Source: a virus (lineage: Duplodnaviria; Caudoviricetes). From it: a stretch of DNA of 39,353 nucleotides. Shown piece by piece: positions 33,472 to 39,353 of this stretch. Made by a program: the position numbers and the translations under genes. Numbering within the stretch: position 1 is the first letter of the stretch; every line of letters starts with the position of its first letter. The notes beneath the pieces were generated by a model, which was given only the letters and a program-made list of their open reading frames with translations, was not told the origin of the DNA and did not search any database. The stretch is taken from the IMG/VR virus record IMGVR_UViG_3300037440_000402, positions 1 through 39,353 of that record, one strand, 5' to 3'.

Positions 33472-33686
33472 CCGGCGACTACCGCACCACCCGCGACGGC
33501 ATCACCGTCGAAATCCAACACGACTGGATCGCCCGCCCACCCGAACGGGACATCGCCCCGACCGGGCTCGGCATGTGCGAGTTCTGCGAGTTCGACGTGC
33601 TCGCCGGCAGCGAAGTCGCGTCGGTTAACGACGGCCGGTACGCCCACTACGACTGCGTGCCGTGGGGCGACGAGGAGGACGAATGA
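33468..33686 (+). CDS. Small Zn-finger protein
   Basis: CEFC...HYDC. Confidence 0.6.
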   Translation: MTGDYRTTRDGITVEIQHDWIARPPERDIAPTGLGMCEFCEFDVLAGSEVASVNDGRYAHYDCVPWGDEEDE

Positions 33687-33865
33687 ACAGCGCCCTGATC
33701 AAGTGCGACGCGTGTCACCTGCCCGACCCATACGGCGGCGGCGGTGACGGCATCGGCTCATGCGACTGCCCACGTTGCGGCGGCGGGGAGGCCGCCGACG
33801 GGTCGGTGTTCTGCGACTGCCCACTAGACGACGAATACGACTGGCGTGACGAGGAGGAGTCGTGA
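33683..33865 (+). CDS. Small Cys-rich protein
   Basis: CDAC, CDCPRC, CDC; gaggagg RBS. Confidence 0.55.
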   Translation: MNSALIKCDACHLPDPYGGGGDGIGSCDCPRCGGGEAADGSVFCDCPLDDEYDWRDEEES

Positions 33866-33872
33866 GCCGACC

Positions 33873-34070
33873 TGTGGATTCGCGTCCCACATCGCGAGAC
33901 GTTCGAAAAGTAGTTCGTGTACACAGCCTGTGCCGACGCAACCATGCAGGTCACACATTCAAGGCGACGCGGCCGGCGACCTTGTGTGCACCGCCCGTCC
34001 CCAGCGCTGTCCACAGGCTGGGGAAAGTCCCCCACAGGCCACGGCGCGTTTGTCCACAGCCCTGTGACGA
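33873..34070. promoter_or_regulatory. Cluster of DnaA-box-like 9-mers
   Basis: TTGTCCACA 34050-34058, CTGTCCACA 34007-34015 and degenerate copies at 33873, 33917, 33983, 34019, 34028. Confidence 0.6.
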
Positions 34071-34144
34071 CTCGCCTTGCCGATTACCCAAGCTGGTGAC
34101 CACAGTGATCTAAACCCCGAGCTCGAACCGAAGGGAGGCCCGCC

Positions 34145-34684
34145 GTGAGCAGCCTCAAGGCGATGCCGATGCGATACCGCGGCACGCAGTTCCGCTCCAC
34201 CCTCGAGGCCGACTGGGCAGCCACCTTCGACGAGTTGCGCTGGTACTGGGAATACGAACCGCTGGCCATCGAACTCAAAGACGGCTCGATCTACCGACCC
34301 GACTTCTTCCTGCCCTCGCAGCGCGTGTGGTGCGAAGTCAAAGGCCCGCACAACGAACGGATCAAGAAGACCATCCAGCTCCACGAGGCGCTGGAGTACG
34401 ACGAGTGGACGTGGGGCAACGACCTCGTCGTCGTGCTGCGCCCCCCCGGCCCGGGAGAACGGGCCCAATGGGAAGGCGCCGGCGAAGGCCAGGACATCGT
34501 CATCGTCCTGTGCCCCGAGTGCGAGCACCACGGATTCATGGACATGACCGGCGCCTGGAGCTGCCGGCGACACCTACGCAGACGGAAGGAGCCCAACAAG
34601 TTCTGGCAGGCTGACGACGGCGGCCTCTGGTACCCGGGTGAACTGGCGTTCAAGCGCGCGCCTCGCAAACAGAAGGAGGCGTGA
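34145..34684 (+). CDS. PD-(D/E)XK nuclease-family protein
   Basis: FRSTLEADWA..FD...WEYEP...YRPDFFLP...EVKG. Confidence 0.8.
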   Translation: MSSLKAMPMRYRGTQFRSTLEADWAATFDELRWYWEYEPLAIELKDGSIYRPDFFLPSQRVWCEVKGPHNERIKKTIQLHEALEYDEWTWGNDLVVVLRPPGPGERAQWEGAGEGQDIVIVLCPECEHHGFMDMTGAWSCRRHLRRRKEPNKFWQADDGGLWYPGELAFKRAPRKQKEA

Positions 34685-35439
34685 TGCCGGTCCGATTCCA
34701 AGTTGACTCCGACTTCTACGACCACCCCAAGACCCTCGACATGAGCGATGCAGCAACCGCGCTGTGGGTTCGTGCCGGCTCGTACTCCGCAGCGAAGCTC
34801 ACTGACGGCTTCGTTGCCGATGCGATGCTCGTGCGACTCTCACGGTCGCCGGACAATGCAACGCAAGAGTTGGTGCGGCGCGGGCTGTGGCGACGAGTCC
34901 GAGGTGGCTACAGGTTTCACGACTGGGAAGAGCGCGGAAACCTCACACGAGAGCGCGTCGAAGCAGAGAGAAGAGCAGACCGGCAACGAAAGCGCAGAGC
35001 CCGCCAACTAGCAGACCAAAATGAGACACAGCAGGTCAAGCCCAAAGTTGTCCGACCGGAATCCAAACCGGACTCCAAGCGGACTCCGGAAGGAATCCGG
35101 GGCCTGTCTGTGTCTATGTCTGAGTCTGTGTCTTCTCCCCCTATAGCCCCCCCTCTCGATGACAGCGAAGTGCCCCGCAACGGCACCCGCCGCAAGCGGC
35201 GGGCAACCAAATTGCCAGACGACTGGAACCCAACCGACGAGCATGCCAAGCGCGCTGCCGATACCGGCCTGGACCTACAACGCGAGGTAGCCAAGCTCCG
35301 GGCCCACGCCGAGGCCAACGATCGCCGACAGGCCAACTGGAACAGCGCGTTCACACAATGGCTACTCCACGCCGAGGAGTACCAACGCCGGAGCACGCCG
35401 CGGCAGAGCAGCCCCGGCGGCGGCTGGTGGGACAACTGA
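34681..35439 (+). CDS. Replication initiator/helicase loader (lambda O-like; DnaT-like C-terminus)
   Basis: FYDHPK...TDGFV...GLW...GYRFHDW N-domain; LPDDWNP...WNSAFTQWL C-domain; internal repeats. Confidence 0.75.
   Translation: MMPVRFQVDSDFYDHPKTLDMSDAATALWVRAGSYSAAKLTDGFVADAMLVRLSRSPDNATQELVRRGLWRRVRGGYRFHDWEERGNLTRERVEAERRADRQRKRRARQLADQNETQQVKPKVVRPESKPDSKRTPEGIRGLSVSMSESVSSPPIAPPLDDSEVPRNGTRRKRRATKLPDDWNPTDEHAKRAADTGLDLQREVAKLRAHAEANDRRQANWNSAFTQWLLHAEEYQRRSTPRQSSPGGGWWDN
35057..35133 (+). repeat. Iteron-like repeats (putative origin) inside initiator gene
   Basis: Four (c/a)gga(a/c)tcc at 35057, 35069, 35080, 35091 (11-12 bp period), then gtctnn hexamer array 35106-35133. Confidence 0.6.
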
Positions 35440-36983
35440 TGGACGTCCTGCGTGAAGTCGTGCTACCCCGGCTCGAAGGCATCCGAGCATCCGCCGGCAG
35501 CTACATGGCAAGGTGCCCGGCCCACGAAGACGGCAAAGCCAGTCTCAGCCTGTCCGTCGGCAAGGAACATCCCGTCGTACTGCACTGTCACGCCGGATGC
35601 GACCGAGATGCTGTGCTCGCCGCCATCGGACTCACCTGGGACGATCTGTGCGCCCCGCACGACGACCGGCCGCAAGCCGAATGGACGCCGCGCGGTGACG
35701 CTGTCGCCGTATACGACTACGTCGACGAGCACAGCAACCTGTTGTTCCAGGTATGCCGCACCGCCGACAAGCAGTTCCCGCAACGCAGGCCAGACCCGCT
35801 GAGTAAGACCGGCTGGTCCTGGCGTCTGGGTGATGTGCGTCGGGTGCTCTACCGATTGCCCAAGGTCATCGCCGCCGTGGCGGCCGGGCAGACCATCTAC
35901 GTCACCGAGGGTGAGAAGGACGTCCACACGCTCGAGTCGAAGGGGCTAGTCGCCACCTGCAATCCAGGAGGCGCCGGCAAGTGGCGCGACGAGTACGGCG
36001 AACACCTACGCGACGCCACCGTCGTGCTCACCGCCGACCGCGACGACCCCGGCCAAGCGCACTGCCGCCAGGTGTCCGCATCGCTCGACGGGATCGCGGG
36101 GCATGTGCGAATCGTCGAGGCGTACGAGGGCAAGGACGTCTCCGACCACTTCAATGCCGGCCGCACACTAGACGAGCTCGTGGAGACCTGGACGTCAGAC
36201 GAAGAGCCGAAGCGGGACCTCGCGCCGGACCTGTGGGAGTTCATCGGCACCGACGACCCACCAATGGACTGGGTTCTACCCAACCTGCTCGAACGAGGCG
36301 ACCGGCTCATCTGGACCGGCTTCGAAGGGCTCGGCAAGTCCATGTTCGTCCGGCAACTCGCAGTCATGGCCGCCGCCGGGCTCGAACCATTTGCGGCCAC
36401 ACCCATCCCGCCCATGCGGGTCCTGCTCATCGACTGCGAGAACTCAGAACGGCAGTCACGACGCAAGTTCCGTCCACTCGCCTACGCCACACTCGAAATT
36501 GACCGCGCGGTACCGGAAGGTGGGCTACGGCTCATCCACAAACCGGCCGGAATCGACCTGACCCGCGATGACGACGCGGCATGGCTCATCGAACGCGTCA
36601 CCGCCCACCAGCCCGACCTACTCATCATCGGGCCCTTCTACCGGCTCCACGCCGCGGACATGAACGAAGAGCTGGCCGCCCGAAAGACCGTGAGCGTGCT
36701 CGACCACGCCCGCACCAAAGTCGATTGCGCGCTGGTCGTCGAAGCCCACGCAGGACACGGCATGCCGGGCCGACACCGCTCAGTGCGGCCCATCGGAAGC
36801 TCTCTGCTACTGCGCTGGCCTGAGTTCGGGCTTGGGATCGTCCCATCCGAGGAGGCCGACCCGTGCCGCCGAGTCGAAGTCCGGTCTTGGCGCGGGGCCC
36901 GAGACGAACGGGACTGGCCGCGTCACCTGACCTGGGGCGAACCGTGGCCTTGGGTAATCGACCCGAGAGGAGCCGGAACATGA
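35439..36983 (+). CDS. Primase-helicase (Zn-binding + TOPRIM + RecA-like AAA_25)
   Basis: CPAHED...HCHAGC, EGEKD, ADRDDPG, GFEGLGKS Walker A, LLIDCEN. Confidence 0.9.
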   Translation: MDVLREVVLPRLEGIRASAGSYMARCPAHEDGKASLSLSVGKEHPVVLHCHAGCDRDAVLAAIGLTWDDLCAPHDDRPQAEWTPRGDAVAVYDYVDEHSNLLFQVCRTADKQFPQRRPDPLSKTGWSWRLGDVRRVLYRLPKVIAAVAAGQTIYVTEGEKDVHTLESKGLVATCNPGGAGKWRDEYGEHLRDATVVLTADRDDPGQAHCRQVSASLDGIAGHVRIVEAYEGKDVSDHFNAGRTLDELVETWTSDEEPKRDLAPDLWEFIGTDDPPMDWVLPNLLERGDRLIWTGFEGLGKSMFVRQLAVMAAAGLEPFAATPIPPMRVLLIDCENSERQSRRKFRPLAYATLEIDRAVPEGGLRLIHKPAGIDLTRDDDAAWLIERVTAHQPDLLIIGPFYRLHAADMNEELAARKTVSVLDHARTKVDCALVVEAHAGHGMPGRHRSVRPIGSSLLLRWPEFGLGIVPSEEADPCRRVEVRSWRGARDERDWPRHLTWGEPWPWVIDPRGAGT

Positions 36984-37032
36984 CCGCCGCAGCACGCGCC
37001 GCCCTCAGAAAGGCCACGAGGAAGGAGCAGGG

Positions 37033-37218
37033 ATGAGCCGCGACGTCAACCATGCGCTCGACGCCATCGACGACGCACTGGCCGACTACGGCGTCAGCGA
37101 CGACGCCTTGCGCTGGACGGCCGAACTCCAACCCGAACCCGAGCCGCCCCCGTCGGTGTGGCGGCTGCTGTGGCATGCGCAGCCGCAGAACACGCTGAGG
37201 CAGGAGTTGCCACGATGA
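37033..37218 (+). CDS. Hypothetical protein
   Basis: aaggag RBS; VSDDALRW motif. Confidence 0.55.
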   Translation: MSRDVNHALDAIDDALADYGVSDDALRWTAELQPEPEPPPSVWRLLWHAQPQNTLRQELPR

Positions 37219-37267
37219 CCACCTGCGTTACCGGTTGCACCCTGCACGCCGCCAGGAAGGACACACC

Positions 37268-37462
37268 GTGAGCGACAAGTACGCCGACCAGCGGCCCTTC
37301 CGCGAACGACACTGCTATCGAGTCGATCTGATGCCCAAGAAGCGCTACACCCGCGCGGCTGCCCGAGCCCAAGCCGAACGCAGGCCCGGCTACCACGCCT
37401 ATCGCTGCCCCGACTGTGGGCACTGGCACGTCGGCACCGCACGACAGCAGCAGCAGCCGTGA
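37268..37462 (+). CDS. Small Zn-finger protein
   Basis: YHAYRCPDCGHWHVG. Confidence 0.7.
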   Translation: MSDKYADQRPFRERHCYRVDLMPKKRYTRAAARAQAERRPGYHAYRCPDCGHWHVGTARQQQQP

Positions 37463-37668
37463 ACGCCGCCTTCAAACATCACGACGTGTACGCACTCACC
37501 GGCGACCCCACCCGAGACGAACAACGCAACGCAGCTCTCACCCTCGCCGATCGGGCACGCAACGCTGACGAACTCCGGCAATGGCTCGACATGCTCGGCC
37601 TACCACCCTGCGACCGGCCCATCAAACTCAACCGCCAGCACAAGACACAGTTCGGCGGAACACCATGA
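37459..37668 (+). CDS. Hypothetical protein
   Basis: ADELRQWLDMLGL motif; GTGA-coupled. Confidence 0.6.
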   Translation: MNAAFKHHDVYALTGDPTRDEQRNAALTLADRARNADELRQWLDMLGLPPCDRPIKLNRQHKTQFGGTP

Positions 37669-37736
37669 GCGGCCCTACCATGTACCCTGGTCACGTTCGG
37701 ATAACGGACACTGCCGCCCGAATACCGGAGGACGAC

Positions 37737-37946
37737 ATGAACTGGGACTGGCGCAACTTCTGGAAAGCCATCGGCACCCTCCTAGGCAGCCTCACCGCCG
37801 GAGCCGTCATCGCCGGCCTCAACATCGTCAACATCGACATCACACCCGAGATGGCCGGCGCCATCGCAGTCATCGGCGCCACCCTCGGCACCATCCTCGC
37901 CCCCAAGAACGTCCAGACCGAGCACGTCGTCCAGGACGAGGTATGA
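37737..37946 (+). CDS. Holin (two TM helices)
   Basis: ggagg RBS; WKAIG...two hydrophobic helices...PKN; directly upstream of endolysin. Confidence 0.75.
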   Translation: MNWDWRNFWKAIGTLLGSLTAGAVIAGLNIVNIDITPEMAGAIAVIGATLGTILAPKNVQTEHVVQDEV

Positions 37947-38995
37947 CCACCTACCTCGCCCGCTCGGCCTGGACATCAACCACCACGTCCGGCGCAACAC
38001 TCACCGGATCGAAGCTGCGCGGTGTCGCCGTCCACTGGCCCGGCACTACCCAAGCCGCCATCGGCGACCCGGGCCAGGCGGCCATCGCAGCCCGGTTGCG
38101 GTCTTACCGGACCTTTCACGTCGAGAGCAATGGCTGGTCGGACATCGGCTACAACATCGCCATCGACCAAGGTGGGCGGGTGTGGATGTGCCGCTCCACC
38201 CAATGGCGCGGCAACCGGGTCGGCGCCCACTGCGCGTCGGTGTCGAACCCGGACGCCAATCACGAGTACGTGGGTGTGCTGCTCCTGCTCGGTCAGAACG
38301 AGCCGTTGTCGGCGAAAATGATCGACGCATTCCAGGACTGGTACCACACCCGGTTCCTGCCCGGCTGGCCCGGGTGCACCGATGTGCGCGGCCACGGCCA
38401 AGTACCCGGAGCGCAAACCAATTGCCCCGGAACCCAGGCCAAACGGCTGATCGCTAACGGCACCCTCACCGCGCAACCAAACGAACCACTGGAGGACGAC
38501 GACATGTTCACCGATGCAGACCGAGCGCTGTTGGAGCGGCTCAACCAGGTCCTCACGTCGAACAGCGACGCGAAGGTCAACCGGCCCGACGCTACCGGCA
38601 CTGCCGGCATGCGCTTCGCGGCGGAGAAGACGTGGGAGGACACGCACTCGCTCACGACGAAGCGGGCTTGGGAATCGCCGGCCGTCTCGAAGTACGTGGC
38701 CGAGGTCATCGACTGGAAGGATCCCAGCGATCCGACCAAGGGCACGCCGGTCACCGACCGGTACATCTTGGAAGTGGCCTTCTCGATCATTCACCGGATG
38801 GAGAAGGCGCAAGAGGTCGCCTTCAAGGCAGTCAACGCGACGCTGGCCGAGACCCTCGGCGCCAGCCAGGACAACAACCTGTCCAAAGAAGAGTGGCAGG
38901 CACTCCTGGATGAGCGCCTCGACGCGGCCTTTGCCGAGAACGTCGTCAAGGTCGATCTGACGATCCAGGGCGAGTTGGCCGATGCCCCGGCGTGA
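37943..38995 (+). CDS. Endolysin, N-acetylmuramoyl-L-alanine amidase (Amidase_2/PGRP-like)
   Basis: VAVHW, NGWSDIGYN, VGAHC, RGHGQ, TNCPG zinc-amidase motifs; helical C-terminal region. Confidence 0.92.
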   Translation: MTTYLARSAWTSTTTSGATLTGSKLRGVAVHWPGTTQAAIGDPGQAAIAARLRSYRTFHVESNGWSDIGYNIAIDQGGRVWMCRSTQWRGNRVGAHCASVSNPDANHEYVGVLLLLGQNEPLSAKMIDAFQDWYHTRFLPGWPGCTDVRGHGQVPGAQTNCPGTQAKRLIANGTLTAQPNEPLEDDDMFTDADRALLERLNQVLTSNSDAKVNRPDATGTAGMRFAAEKTWEDTHSLTTKRAWESPAVSKYVAEVIDWKDPSDPTKGTPVTDRYILEVAFSIIHRMEKAQEVAFKAVNATLAETLGASQDNNLSKEEWQALLDERLDAAFAENVVKVDLTIQGELADAPA

Positions 38996-39018
38996 CGTGG
39001 CCGTGAGGGGGATGACCG

Positions 39019-39288
39019 ATGCCGGGGCAGGGGTGGCAGGGTAGGGGCAGCACCCGCCAGTGGCGTATCAAGAGGGCACGGGTACTACGCAGGGATGGGT
39101 ACCGGTGCCAGCTACAGATAGCAGGGGTATGCACCCATCGCGCTACCACAGTGCACCACCTCACACCATGGATAGGCGACCCAGCCGACGTAGACACAGC
39201 CCACCTATTCGCATCATGTGAACCATGTAACAAACACACCGGTGACCCACGAGGCAGCGACCCCCAACCGAAGCCATGGAACGCGTGA
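39019..39288 (+). CDS. Packaging-associated HNH endonuclease
   Basis: RVLRRDGYRCQL...C...ATTVHH...SCEPCNKH; last gene before the packaging region. Confidence 0.88.
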   Translation: MPGQGWQGRGSTRQWRIKRARVLRRDGYRCQLQIAGVCTHRATTVHHLTPWIGDPADVDTAHLFASCEPCNKHTGDPRGSDPQPKPWNA

Positions 39289-39328
39289 CACACTCAAGCT
39301 CTACGCGACGCGGACGCTCTCAGAATTA

Positions 39329-39353
39329 CCTCAAAGATCGAAACGTTGGACAG
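39329..39353 (+). repeat. 25-bp terminal direct repeat, copy 2
   Basis: Identical to 1-25. Confidence 0.9.

Larger units (their letters stand above)
1..39353. mobile_element. Complete temperate actinobacterial siphovirus (HK97-like head, tyrosine recombinase), circular assembly
   Basis: Full set of packaging, head, tail, lysogeny, replication and lysis modules; WhiB gene and high GC point to an actinobacterial host; no host genes; ends overlap by 25 bp. Confidence 0.95.

Noticed and set aside
33862-34113. 83-aa ORF as a real protein
   Set aside because: Has an RBS and coupling, but its sequence reads as translated DnaA boxes with atypical codons; left uncalled

Overview
The window is an apparently complete, circularly assembled (25-bp end overlap), GC-rich temperate actinobacterial siphovirus genome of about 39.3 kb. 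Left arm: a terminase-portal block (terS, terL, small TM gene, HK97-type portal) on the minus strand, divergent from the plus-strand ClpP-type protease, HK97 major capsid, paralogous decoration-like proteins, a repeat-rich fibre, neck genes, two paralogous tail-tube-like genes, a 756-aa tape measure and a single large tail-tip gene. Centre: a minus-strand accessory cassette (secreted metzincin protease, DUF4190-type membrane protein), an arm-less tyrosine recombinase, a DUF1643-type gene, an XRE repressor and a divergent Cro/Xis-like gene. Right arm: many small early genes, HNH-AP2 endonuclease, RuvC-like resolvase, WhiB, YqaJ exonuclease, a DnaA-box cluster, a replication initiator with iterons, primase-helicase, holin, amidase endolysin and packaging HNH. 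The most notable signal is a dif/Xer-like 11-6-11 inverted-repeat site inside the repressor gene just after its HTH domain. It suggests an integration-dependent immunity switch that uses a dif-like rather than tRNA-type attP. Other highlights are the inverted packaging module, an oriC-like DnaA-box cluster, pseudoknot-like RNA elements covering or next to ribosome-binding sites, genes bracketed by short boundary repeats, and a secreted disulfide peptide. All family calls come from motif recognition by eye; no database searches were run.
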